NCBI GenBank assembly: GCA_964016885.1 | Contig: OZ024740.1 | Location: 420,174,001-420,238,000 of the forward strand | DNA length: 64,000 nt | Reading direction: 5' to 3' | Source: Eledone cirrhosa | Taxonomy: Eukaryota | Shown: positions 11,801-25,600 of the stretch, piece by piece | Layout: each line of letters starts with the position of its first letter | How positions within the stretch are numbered: the stretch's first letter is position 1 | The notes under the pieces: model-generated | What the model was told of the DNA's origin: nothing | Seen by the model: the letters and a program-made list of their open reading frames with translations, nothing else | The model's database searches: none | Made by a program: the position numbers and the translations under genes

Positions 11801-14800
11801 TGTAGAGTTGGAGGTGACAGTCTACATATGTGGCAGGAATGATGTAGAGTTGGAGGTGACAGTTTACATATGTGGTGGGAATGATGTAGAGTTGAAGGGG
11901 TCAGTCTACATATGTGGTGGGAATGATGTAGAGTTGGAGGTGACAGTCTACATATGTGGTGGGAATGATGTACTGTTGGAGGTGACACTCTACATATGTG
12001 GTGGGAATGATGTAGAGTTGGAGGTGACAGTCTACATATGTGGTGGGAATGATGTAGAGTTAGAGGTGACAGTCTACAAATTAAGTGGGAATGATGTAGG
12101 GTTGGAAGTAACAGTCTACATATGTGGTGGGAATGATGTACAGTTGGAGGTGACAGTCTGCATATGTAGTGGGAATGATGTACAGTTGGAGGTGACAGTC
12201 TACATACGTGGTGGGAATGATGTAGAGTTGGAGGTGACAATCTACATATGTGGTGGGAATTATGTAGAGTTGGAGGTGACAATCTACATATGTGGTGGGA
12301 ATTATGTAGAGTTGGAGGTGACAATCTACATATGTGGTGGGAATGATGTAGAGTTGGAGGTGACAAGCTACATATGTGGTGGGAAGGATGTAGAGTTGGA
12401 GGTGACAGTCTACATATGTGGTGGGAAAGAGGTACAGTTGGAGGTGACAGTCTACATATGTGGTGGGAATGATGTAGAGTTGGAGGTGACAGTCTACATA
12501 TGTGGTGGGAATGATGTACAGTTGGAGGTGACAGTCTATATATGTGGTGGGAATGATGTACAGTTGGAGGTGACAGTCTGCATATGTGGTGGGAATGATG
12601 TAGAGTCGGAGGTGACAGTCTTCATATGTGATGGGAATGATGTACAGTTGGTGGTGACAGTCTACATATGTGGTGGGAATGATGTAGAGTTGGAGGTAAC
12701 AGTCTACATATGTGTTGGGAATGATGTACAGTTGGAGGTGACAGTCTACATATGTGGTGGGAAAGAGGTACAGTTGGAGGTGACAGTCTACATATGTGGT
12801 GGGAATGATGTAGAGTTGGAGGTGACAGTCTACATATGATGGGGGAATGATGTACAGTTGGAGGTGACAGTCTATATATGTGGTGTGAATGATGTACAGT
12901 TGGAGGTGACAGTCTGCATATGTGGCGGGAATGATGTAGAGTCGGAGGTGACAGTCTTCATATGTGATGGGAATGATGTACAGTTGGTGGTGACAGTCTA
13001 CATATGTGGTGGGAATGATGTAAAGTTGGATGTGACAGTCTACATATGTGGTGGGAATGATGTAGAGTTGGAGGTGACAATCTACATATGTGGTGGGAAT
13101 TATGTAGAGTTGGAGGTGACAATCTACATATGTGGTGGGAATTATGTAGAGTTGGAGGTGACAATCTACATATGTGGTGGGAATGATGTAGAGTTGGAGG
13201 TGACAATCTACATATGTTGTGGGAATGATGTAGAGTTGGAGGTGACAGTCTACATATGTGGTGGGAATGATGTAGAGTTGGAGGTAACAGTCTACATATG
13301 TGGTGGGAATGATGTACAGTTGGAGGTGACAGTCTACATAGGTGGTGGGAATGATGTAGAGTTGGAGGTGACAGTCTACATATGTGGTGGGAATGATGTA
13401 GAGTTGGAGGTGACAATCTACATATGTGGTGGGAATTATGTAGAGTTGGAGGTGACAATCTACATATGTGGTGGGAATTATGTAGAGTTGGAGGTGACAA
13501 TCTACATATGTGGTGGGAATGATGCAGAGTTGGAGGTGACAATCTACATATGTGGTGGGAAGGATGTAGAGTTGGAGGTGACAGTCTACATATGTGGTGG
13601 GAAAGAGGTACAGTTGGAGGTGACAGTCTACATATGTGGTGGGAATGATGTAGAGTTGGAGGTGACAGTCTACATATGTGGTGGGAATGATGTACAGTTG
13701 GAGGTGACAGTCTATATATGTGGTGGGAATGATGTACAGTTGGAGGTGACAGTCTACATATGTGGTGGGAATGATGTACAGTTGGAGGTGACAGTCTATA
13801 TATGTGGTGGGAATGATGTACAGTTGGAGGTGACAGTCTGCATATGTGGTGGGAATGATGTAGAGTCGGAGGTGAAAATCTACATATGTTGTGGGAATGA
13901 TGTAGAGTTGGGGGTGACAGTCTACATATGTGGTGGGAATGATGTAGAGTTGGAGATAACAGTCTACATATGTGGTGGGTCTGATGTACAGTTGGAGGTG
14001 ACAGTCTACATATGTGGTGGGAATGGTGTAGAGTTGGAGGTGACAGTCTACATATGTGGCAGGAATGATGTAGAGTTGGAGGTGACAATTTACATATGTG
14101 GTGGGAATGATGTAGAGTTGAAGGGGACAGTCTACATATGTGGTGGGAATGATGTAGAGTTGGAGGTGACAGTCTACATATGTGGTGGGAATGATGTACT
14201 ATTGGAGGTGACACTCTACATATGTGGTGGGAATGATGTAGAGTTGGAGGTGACAGTCTATATATGTGGTGGGAATGATGTAGAGTTAGAGGTGACAGTC
14301 TACAAATTAAGTGGGAATGATGTAGGGTTGGAAGTAACAGTCTACATATGTGGTGGGAATGATGTACAGTTGGAGGTGACAGTCTACATATGTAGTGGGA
14401 ATGATGTACAGTTGGAGGTGACAGTCTACATATGTGGTGGGAATGATGTAGAGTTGGAGGTGACAATCTACATATGTGGTGGGAATTATGTAGAGTTGGA
14501 GGTGACCATCTTCATATGTGGTGGGAATTATGTAGAGTTGGAGGTGACAATCTACATATGTGGTGGGAATGATGTAGAGTTGGAGGTGGCAATCTACATA
14601 TGTGGTGGGAAGGATGTAGAGTTGGAGGTGACAGTCTACATATGTGGTGGGAAAGAGGTACAGTTGGAGGTGACAGTCTACATATGTGGTGGGAATGATG
14701 TAGAGTTGGAGGTGACAGTCTACATATGTGGTGGGAATGATGTACAGTTGGAGGTGACAGTCTATATATGTGGTGGGAATGATGTACAGTTGGAGGTGAC

Positions 14801-17800
14801 AGTTTACATATGTGGTGGGAATGATGTAGAGTTGGAGGTGACAGTCTACATATGTGGTGGGAATGATGTAGAGTTGGTGGTGACAGTCTACATATGTGGT
14901 GGGAATTGGTAGAGTTGGAGGTGACAGTCTATATATGTGGTGGGAATGATGTAGAGTTGGAGGTAACAGTCTACATATGTGGTGGGAAAGAGGTAGTGTT
15001 GGAGGTGACAGTCTACATATGTGGTGGGAATTGGTAGAGTTGGTGGTGACAGTCTACATATGTGGTGGGAATTGGTAGAGTTGGAGGTGACAGTCTACAT
15101 ATGTGGTGGGAATGATGTAGAGTTGGTGGTGACAGTCTACATATGTGGTGGGAAAGAGGTAGAGTTGGTGGTGACAGTCTACATATGTGGTGGGAATGAT
15201 GTAGAGTTGGAGGTAACAGTCTACATATGTGGTGGGAAAGAGGTAGTGTTGGAGGTGACAGTCTACATATGTGGTGGGAATGATGTAGAGTTGGGTGTGA
15301 CAATCTACATGTGTGGTGGGAAAGAGCTAGAGTTGGAGGTGACAGTCTACATATGTGGTGAGAAAGAGGTAGAGTTGGAGGTGACAGTCTACATATGTGG
15401 TGGGAATGATGTAGAGTTGGAGGTGACAGTCTACATATGTGGTGGGAATGATGTAGAGTTGGAGGTGACAATCTACATATGTGGTGGGAAGGATGTAGAG
15501 TTGGAGGTGACAGTCTACATATGTGGTGGGAATGATGTAGAGTTGGAGGTGACAATCTACATATGTGGTGGGAAGGATGTAGAGTTGGAGGTGACAGTCT
15601 ACATATGTGGTGGGAAAGAGGTAGAGTTGGAGGTAACAGTCTACATATGTGGTGGGAATGATGTAGAGTTGGAGGTGACAGTCGACATATGTGGTGGGAA
15701 TGATGTACAGTTGGAGGTGACAGTCTACATATATGGTGGGAATGATGTACAGTTGGAGGTGACAGTCTACATACATAGGTGGTGGGAATGATGTACAGTT
15801 GGAGGTGACAATCTACATATGTGGTGGGTCTGATGTACAGTTGGAGGTGACAGTCTACATATGTGGTGGGAATGGTGTAGAGTTGGAGGTGACAGTCTAC
15901 ATATGTGGCAGGAATGATGTAGAGTTGAGGTGACGGTCTACATATGTGGTGGGAATGATGTAGAATTGAAGGGGACAGTCTGCATATGTGTTGGGAAAGA
16001 TGTAGAGTTGGAGGTGACAGTCTACATATGTCTTGGGAATGATGCAGAGTTGCAGGTAACAGTCTACATATGTGGTGGGAATGATGTACAGTTGGAGGTG
16101 ACAGTCTATATATGTGGTGGGAAAAATGTAGAGTTGGAGGTGACAGTCTACATATGTGGTGGGTATGATGTAGATTTGGAGATGACAGTCTACATATGTG
16201 GTGGGAATGATGTAGAGTTGGATGTGACAGTCTACATATGTTGTGGGAATGATGTAGAGTTGGAGGTGACAGTCTACATATGTGGTGGGAATGATGTAGA
16301 GTTGGAGGTGAGTCTACATATGTGGTGGGAATGATGTAGAGTTGGAGGTGACAGTCTACATATGTGGTGGGTATGATGTAGAGTTGGAGGTGATAGTCTA
16401 CATATGTAGGTGGGAAAGAGGTAGAGTTGGAGGTGACAGTCTACAAATGTGGTGGGAATGATGTAGAGTTGGAGGTGACAGTCTACATATGTGGTGGGAA
16501 AGAGGTAGAGTTGGAGATGACAGTCTAAATATGTGGTGGGAAAGAGGTAGAGTTGGAGGTGACAGTCTACATATGTGGTGCGAAAGAGGTAAACTTTTGG
16601 AGGTGACAGTCTACATATGTGGTGGGAAAGAGGTAGAGTTGGTGGTGACAGTCTACATATGTGGTGGGAATGATGTAGAGTTGGAGGTAACAGTCTACAT
16701 ATGTGGTGGGAAAGAGGTAGTGTTGGAGGTGACAGTCTACATATGTGGTGGGAATGATGTAGAGTTGGGTGTGACAATCTACATGTGTGGTGGGAAAGAG
16801 CTAGAGTTGGAGGTGACAGTCTACATATGTGGTGAGAAAGAGGTAGAGTTGGAGGTGACACTCTACATATGTGGTGGGAATGATGTAGAGTTGGAGGTGA
16901 CAGTCTACATATGTGGTGGGAATTATGTAGAGTTGGAGGTGACAGTCTACATATGTGGTGGGAATGATGTATAGTTGGAGGTGACAGTCTACATATGTGG
17001 TGGGAATGATGTAGAGTTGGAGGTGACAATCTACATATGTGGTGGGAAGGATGTAGAGTTGGAGGTGACAGTCTACATATGTGGTGGGAAAGAGGTAGAG
17101 TTGGAGGTAACAGTCTACATATGTGGTGGGAATGATGTAGAGTTGGAGGTGACAGTCTACATATGTGGTGGGAATGATGTACAGTTGGAGGTGACAGTCT
17201 ACATATATGGTGGGAATGATGTACAGTTGGAGGTGACAGTCTACATACATAGGTGGTGGGAATGATGTACAGTTGGAGGTGACAATCTACATATGTGGTG
17301 GGTCTGATGTACAGTTGGAGGTGACAGTCTACATATGTGGTGGGAATGGTGTAGAGTTGGAGGTGACAGTCTACATATGTGGCAGGAATGATGTAGAGTT
17401 GAGGTGACGGTCTACATATGTGGTGGGAATGATGTAGAATTGAAGGGGACAGTCTGCATATGTGTTGGGAAAGATGTAGAGTTGGAGGTGACAGTCTACA
17501 TATGTCTTGGGAATGATGCAGAGTTGCAGGTAACAGTCTACATATGTGGTGGGAATGATGTACAGTTGGAGGTGACAGTCTATATATGTGGTGGGAAAAA
17601 TGTAGAGTTGGAGGTGACAGTCTACATATGTGGTGGGTATGATGTAGATTTTGAGATGACAGTCTACATATGTGGTGGGAATGATGTAGAGTTGGATGTG
17701 ACAGTCTACATATGTTGTGGGAATGATGTAGAGTTGGAGGTGACAGTCTACATATGTGGTGGGAATGATGTAGAGTTGGAGGTGAGTCTACATATGTGGT

Positions 17801-20800
17801 GGGAATGATGTATAGTTGGAGGTGACAGTCTACATATGTGGTGGGAATGATGTAGAGTTGGTGGTGACAATCTACATATGTGGTGGGAAGGATGTAGAGT
17901 TGGAGGTGACAGTCTACATATGTGGTGGGAAAGAGGTAGAGTTGGAGGTAACAGTCTACATATGTGGTGGGAATGATGTAGAGTTGGAGGTGACAGTCTA
18001 CATATGTGGTGGGAATGATGTACAGTTGGAAATGACAGTCTACATATATGGTGGGAATGATGTACAGTTGGAGGTGACAATCTACATATGTGGTGGGTCT
18101 GATGTACAGTTGGAGGTGACAGTCTACATATGTGGTGGGAATGGTGTAGAGTTGGAGGTGACAGTCTACATATGTGGCAGGAATGATGTAGAGTTGAGGT
18201 GACGGTCTACATATGTGGTGGGAATGATGTAGAGTTGAAGGGGACAGTCTGCATATGTGTTGGGAAAGATGTAGAGTTGGAGGTGACAGTCTACATATGT
18301 CTTGGGAATGATGCAGAGTTGCAGGTAACAGTCTACATATGTGGTGGGAATGATGTACAGTTGGAGGTGACAGTCTATATATGTGGTGGGAAAAATGTAG
18401 AGTTGGAGGTGACAGTCTACATATGTGGTGGGTATGATGTAGATTTGGAGATGACAGTCTACATATGTGGTGGGAATGATGTAGAGTTGGATGTGACAGT
18501 CTACATATGTTGTGGGAATGATGTAGAGTTGGAGGTGACAGTCTACATATGTGGTGGGAATGATGTAGAGTTGGAGGTGAGTCTACATATGTGGTGGGAA
18601 TGATGTAGAGTTGGAGGTGACAGTCTACATATGTGGTGGGTATGATGTAGAGTTGGAGGTGATAGTCTACATATGTAGGTGGGAAAGAGGTAGAGTTGGA
18701 GGTGACAGTCTACAAATGTGGTGGGAATGATGTAGAGTTGGAGGTGACAGTCTACATATGTGGTGGGAAAGAGGTAGAGTTGGAGATGACAGTCTAAATA
18801 TGTGGTGGGAAAGAGGTAGAGTTGGAGGTGACAGTCTACATATGTGGTGGGAAAGAGGTAGAGTTGGAGGTGACAGTCTACATATGTGGTGGGAAAGAGG
18901 TAGAGTTGGAGGTGACATTCTAAATATGTGGTGGGAATGATGTAGAGTTGGTGGTGACAGTCTAAATATGTGGTGGGAATGATGTAGAGTTGGTGGTGAC
19001 AGTCTACATATGTGGTGGGAAAGAGGTAGAGTTGGAGGTGACAATCTACATATGTGGTGGGAATGATGTAGAGTTGGTGGTGACAGTCTACATATGTGGT
19101 GGGAAAGAGGTAGAGTTGGTGGTGATAGTTTACATATGTGGTGGGAATGATGTAGAGTTGGAGGTGACAGTCTACATATGTGGTGGGAATGATGTAGAGT
19201 TGGAGGTGACAGTCTACATATGTCTTGGGTATGATGCAGAGTTGCAGGTAACAGTCAACATATGTGGTGGGAATGATGTACAGTTGGAGGTGACAGTCTA
19301 TATATGTGGTGGGAATGATGTAGAGTTGGAGGTGACAGTCTACATATGTGGTGGGAATGATGTAGATTTGGAGATGACAGTCTACATATGTGGTGGGAAT
19401 GATGTAGAGTTGGAGGTGACAGTCTACATATGTGGTGGGAATGATATAGAGTTGGAGGTGAGTCTACATATGTGGTGGGAATGATGTAGAATTGGAGGTG
19501 GTAGTCTACATATGTAGGTGGGAAAGAGGTAGAGTTGGAGGTGACAGTCTACATATGTGGTGGGAATGCTGTAGAGTTGGTGGTGACATTCTACATATGT
19601 GGTGGGAACGATGTAGAGTTGGAGGTGACAGTCTATATATGTGGTGGGAATGATGTAGAGTTGGAGGTGACAGTCTACATATGTAGTGGGAATGATGTAC
19701 AGTTGGAGGTGACAGTCTACATATGTGGTGGGAATGATGTAGAGTTGGAGGTGACAATCTACATATGTGGTGGGAATTATGTAGAGTTGGAGGTGACAAT
19801 CTTCATATGTGGTGGGAATTATGTAGAGTTGGAGGTGACAATCTACATATGTGGTGGGAATGATGTAGAGTTGGAGGTGGCAATCTACATATGTGGTGGG
19901 AAGGATGTAGAGTTGGAGGTGACAGTCTACATATGTGGTGGGAAAGAGGTACAGTTGGAGGTGACAGTCTACATATGTGGTGGGAATGATGTAGAGTTGG
20001 AGGTGACTGTCTACATATGTGGTGGGAATGATGTACAGTTGGAGGTGACAGTCTATATATGTGGTGGGAATGATGTACAGTTGGAGGTGACAGTTTACAT
20101 ATGTGGTGGGAATGATGTAGAGTTGGAGGTGACAGTCTACATATGTGGTGGGAATGATGTAGAGTTGGTGGTGACAGTCTACATATGTGGTGGGAAAGAG
20201 GTAGAGTTGGTGGTGACAGTCTACATATGTGGTGGGAATGATGTAGAGTTGGAGGTAACAGTCTACATATGTGGTGGGAAAGAGGTAGTGTTGGAGGTGA
20301 CAGTCTACATATGTGGTGGGAATGATGTAGAGTTGGGTGTGACAATCTACATGTGTGGTGGGAAAGAGCTAGAGTTGGAGGTGACAGTCTACATATGTGG
20401 TGAGAAAGAGGTAGAGTTGGAGGTGACACTCTACATATGTGGTGGGAATGATGTAGAGTTGGAGGTGACAGTCTTCATATGTGGTGGGAATTATGTAGAG
20501 TTGGAGGTGACAATCTACATATGTGGTGGGAATGATGTAGAGTTGGAGGTGGCAATCTACATATGTGGTGGGAAGGATGTAGAGTTGGAGGTGACAGTCT
20601 ACATATGTGGTGGGAAAGAGGTACAGTTGGAGGTGACAGTCTACATATGTGGTGGGAATGATGTAGAGTTGAAGGTGACAGTCTACATATGTGGTGGGAA
20701 TGATGTACAGTTGGAGGTGACAGTCTATATATGTGGTGGGAATGATGTACAGTTGGAGGTGACAGTTTACATATGTGGTGGGAATGATGTAGAGTTGGAG

Positions 20801-23800
20801 GTGACAGTCTACATATGTGGTGGGAATGATGTAGAGTTGGTGGTGACAGTCTACATATGTGGTGGGAAAGAGGTAGAGTTGGTGGTGACAGTCTACATAT
20901 GTGGTGGGAATGATGTAGAGTTGGAGGTAACAGTCTACATATGTGGTGGGAAAGAGGTAGTGTTGGAGGTGACAGTCTACATATGTGGTGGGAATGATGT
21001 AGAGTTGGGTGTGACAATCTACATGTGTGGTGGGAAAGAGCTAGAGTTGGAGGTGACAGTCTACACATGTGGTGAGAAAGAGGTAGAGTTGGAGGTGACA
21101 CTCTACATATGTGGTGGGAATGATGTAGAGTTGGAGGTGACAGTCTACATATGTGGTGGGAATTATGTAGAGTTGGAGGTGACAGTCTCCATATGTGGTG
21201 GGAATGATGTATAGTTGGAGGTGACAGTCTACATATGTGGTGGGAATGATGTAGAGTTGGAGGTGACAATCTACATATGTGGTGGGAAGGATGTAGAGTT
21301 GGAGGTGACAGTCTACATATGTGGTGGGAAAGAGGTAGAGTTGGAGGTAACAGTCTACATATGTGGTGGGAATGATGTAGAGTTGGAGGTGACAGTCTAC
21401 ATATGTGGTGGGAATGATGTACAGTTGGAGGTGACAGTCTACATATATGGTGGGAATGATGTACAGTTGGAGGTGACAGTCTACATACATAGGTGGTGGG
21501 AATGATGTACAGTTGGAGGTGACAATCTACATATGTGGTGGGTCTGATGTACAGTTGGAGGTGACAGTCTACATATGTGGTGGGAATGGTGTAGAGTTGG
21601 AGGTGACAGTCTACATATGTGGCAGGAATGATGTAGAGTTGAGGTGACGGTCTACATATGTGGTGGGAATGATGTAGAATTGAAGGGGACAGTCTGCATA
21701 TGTGTTGGGAAAGATGTAGAGTTGGAGGTGACAGTCTACATATGTCTTGGGAATGATGCAGAGTTGCAGGTAACAGTCTACATATGTGGTGGGAATGATG
21801 TACAGTTGGAGGTGACAGTCTATATATGTGGTGGGAAAAATGTAGAGTTGGAGGTGACAGTCTACATATGTGGTGGGTATGATGTAGATTTGGAGATGAC
21901 AGTCTACATATGTGGTGGGAATGATGTAGAGTTGGATGTGACAGTCTACATATGTTGTGGGAATGATGTAGAGTTGGAGGTGACAGTCTACATATGTGGT
22001 GGGAATGATGTAGAGTTGGAGGTGAGTCTACATATGTGGTGGGAATGATGTATAGTTGGAGGTGACAGTCTACATATGTGGTGGGAATGATGTAGAGTTG
22101 GTGGTGACAATCTACATATGTGGTGGGAAGGATGTAGAGTTGGAGGTGACAGTCTACATATGTGGTGGGAAAGAGGTAGAGTTGGAGGTAACAGTCTACA
22201 TATGTGGTGGAAATGATGTAGAGTTGGAGGTGACAGTCTACATATGTGGTGGGAATGATGTACAGTTGGAAATGACAGTCTACATATATGGTGGGAATGA
22301 TGTACAGTTGGAGGTGACAATCTACATATGTGGTGGGTCTGATGTACAGTTGGAGGTGACAGTCTACATATGTGGTGGGAATGGTGTAGAGTTGGAGGTG
22401 ACAGTCTACATATGTGGCAGGAATGATGTAGAGTTGAGGTGACGGTCTACATATGTGGTGGGAATGATGTAGAGTTGAAGGGGACAGTCTGCATATGTGT
22501 TGGGAAAGATGTAGAGTTGGAGGTGACAGTCTACATATGTCTTGGGAATGATGCAGAGTTGCAGGTAACAGTCTACATATGTGGTGGGAATGATGTACAG
22601 TTGGAGGTGACAGTCTATATATGTGGTGGGAAAAATGTAGAGTTGGAGGTGACAGTCTACATATGTGGTGGGTATGATGTAGATTTGGAGATGACAGTCT
22701 ACATATGTGGTGGGAATGATGTAGAGTTGGATGTGACAGTCTACATATGTTGTGGGAATGATGTAGAGTTGGAGGTGACAGTCTACATATGTGGTGGGAA
22801 TGATGTAGAGTTGGAGGTGAGTCTACATATGTGGTGGGAATGATGTAGAGTTGGAGGTGACAGTCTACATATGTGGTGGGTATGATGTAGAGTTGGAGGT
22901 GATAGTCTACATATGTAGGTGGGAAAGAGGTAGAGTTGGAGGTGACAGACTACAAATGTGGTGGGAATGATGTAGAGTTGGAGGTGACAGTCTACATATG
23001 TGGTGGGAAAGAGGTAGAGTTGGAGATGACAGTCTAAATATGTGGTGGGAAAGAGGTAGAGTTGGAGGTGACAGTCTACATATGTGGTGGGAAAGAGGTA
23101 GAGTTGGAGGTGACAGTCTACATATGTGGTGGGAAAGAGGTAGAGTTGGAGGTGACATTCTAAATATGTGGTGGGAATGATGTAAAGTTGGTGGTGACAG
23201 TCTAAATATGTGGTGGGAATGATGTAGAGTTGGTGGTGACAGTCTACATATGTGGTGGGAAAGAGGTAGAGTTGGAGGTGACAATCTACATATGTGGTGG
23301 GAATGATGTAGAGTTGGTGGTGACAGTCTACATATGTGGTGGGAAAGAGGTAGAGTTGGTGGTGATAGTTTACATATGTGGTGGGAATGATGTAGAGTTG
23401 GAGGTGACAGTCTACATATGTGGTGGGAATGATGTAGAGTTGGAGGTGACAGTCTACATATGTCTTGGGTATGATGCAGAGTTGCAGGTAACAGTCAACA
23501 TATGTGGTGGGAATGATGTACAGTTGGAGGTGACAGTCTATATATGTGGTGGGAATGATGTAGAGTTGGAGGTGACAGTCTACATATGTGGTGGGAATGA
23601 TGTAGATTTGGAGATGACAGTCTACATATGTGGTGGGAATGATGTAGAGTTGGAGGTGACAGTCTACATATGTGGTGGGAATGATATAGAGTTGGAGGTG
23701 AGTCTACATATGTGGTGGGAATGATGTAGAATTGGAGGTGGTAGTCTACATATGTAGGTGGGAAAGAGGTAGAGTTGGAGGTGACAGTCTACATATGTGG

Positions 23801-24336
23801 TGGGAATGCTGTAGAGTTGGTGGTGACATTCTACATATGTGGTGGGAACGATGTAGAGTTGGAGGTGACAGTCTATATATGTGGTGGGAATGATGTAGAG
23901 TTGGAGGTGACAGTCTACATATGTAGTGGGAATGATGTACAGTTGGAGGTGACAGTCTACATATGTGGTGGGAATGATGTAGAGTTGGAGGTGACAATCT
24001 ACATATGTGGTGGGAATTATGTAGAGTTGGAGGTGACAATCTTCATATGTGGTGGGAATTATGTAGAGTTGGAGGTGACAATCTACATATGTGGTGGGAA
24101 TGATGTAGAGTTGGAGGTGGCAATCTACATATGTGGTGGGAAGGATGTAGAGTTGGAGGTGACAGTCTACATATGTGGTGGGAAAGAGGTACAGTTGGAG
24201 GTGACAGTCTACATATGTGGTGGGAATGATGTAGAGTTGGAGGTGACAGTCTACATATGTGGTGGGAATGATGTACAGTTGGAGGTGACAGTCTATATAT
24301 GTGGTGGGAATGATGTACAGTTGGAAGTGACAGTTT
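7583..24336 (+). repeat. Copy 1 (visible matching part) of a 39,664-bp-offset duplication
   Basis: ORF landmarks recur at +39,664: 8173/47837, 11394/51058, 12858/52522, 16489/56153, 19535/59199, 23230/62894. The match is lost at 7582 (A versus C at 47246). Confidence 0.95.
15128..18600 (+). repeat. Nested tandem duplications with 1474-bp and 795-bp offsets
   Basis: 15327/16801 and 15930/17404 are offset by 1474, and 17404/18199 by 795. Confidence 0.8.
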
Positions 24337-25600
24337 ACATATGTGGTGGGAATGATGTAGAGTTGGAGGTGACAGTCTACATATGTGGTGGGAATGATGT
24401 AGAGTTGGTGGTGACAGTCTACATATGTGGTGGGAAAGAGGTAGAGTTGGTGGTGACAGTCTACATATGTGGTGGGAATGATGTAGAGTTGGAGGTAACA
24501 GTCTACATATGTGGTGGGAAAGAGGTAGTGTTGGAGGTGACAGTCTACATATGTGGTGGGAATGATGTAGAGTTGGGTGTGACAATCTACATGTGTGGTG
24601 GGAAAGAGCTAGAGTCGGAGGTGACAGTCTACATATGTGGTGAGAAAGAGGTAGAGTTGGAGGTGACACTCTACATATGTGGTGGGAATGATGTAGAGTT
24701 GGAGGTGACAGTCTACATATGTGGTGGGAATTATGTAGAGTTGGAGGTGACAGTCTACATATGTGGTGGGAATGATGTATAGTTGGAGGTGACAGTCTAC
24801 ATATGTGGTGGGAATGATGTAGAGTTGGAGGTGACAATCTACATATGTGGTGGGAAGGATGTAGAGTTGGAGGTGACAGTCTACATATGTGGTGGGAAAG
24901 AGGTAGAGTTGGAGGTAACAGTCTACATATGTGGTGGGAATGATGTAGAGTTGGAGGTGACAGTCTACATATGTGGTGGGAATGATGTACAGTTGGAGGT
25001 GACAGTCTACATATATGGTGGGAATGATGTACAGTTGGAGGTGACAGTCTACATACATAGGTGGTGGGAATGATGTACAGTTGGAGGTGACAATCTACAT
25101 ATGTGGTGGGTCTGATGTACAGTTGGAGGTGACAGTCTACATATGTGGTGGGAATGGTGTAGAGTTGGAGGTGACAGTCTACATATGTGGCAGGAATGAT
25201 GTAGAGTTGAGGTGACGGTCTACATATGTGGTGGGAATGATGTAGAATTGAAGGGGACAGTCTGCATATGTGTTGGGAAAGATGTAGAGTTGGAGGTGAC
25301 AGTCTACATATGTCTTGGGAATGATGCAGAGTTGCAGGTAACAGTCTACATATGTGGTGGGAATGATGTACAGTTGGAGGTGACAGTCTATATATGTGGT
25401 GGGAAAAATGTAGAGTTGGAGGTGACAGTCTACATATGTGGTGGGTATGATGTAGATTTGGAGATGACAGTCTACATATGTGGTGGGAATGATGTAGAGT
25501 TGGATGTGACAGTCTACATATGTTGTGGGAATGATGTAGAGTTGGAGGTGACAGTCTACATATGTGGTGGGAATGATGTAGAGTTGGAGGTGAGTCTACA
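16600..25600 (+). repeat. Tandem higher-order units of 4240 and 3568 bp that differ by a 672-bp (16-monomer) internal duplication
   Basis: Offsets are 4240 (16975/21215, 18990/23230, 19535/23775), 3568 (21215/24783) and 672 (19803/20475). The matching 559-aa and 335-aa ORFs differ by 224 aa, which is 16 x 14. Confidence 0.85.
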
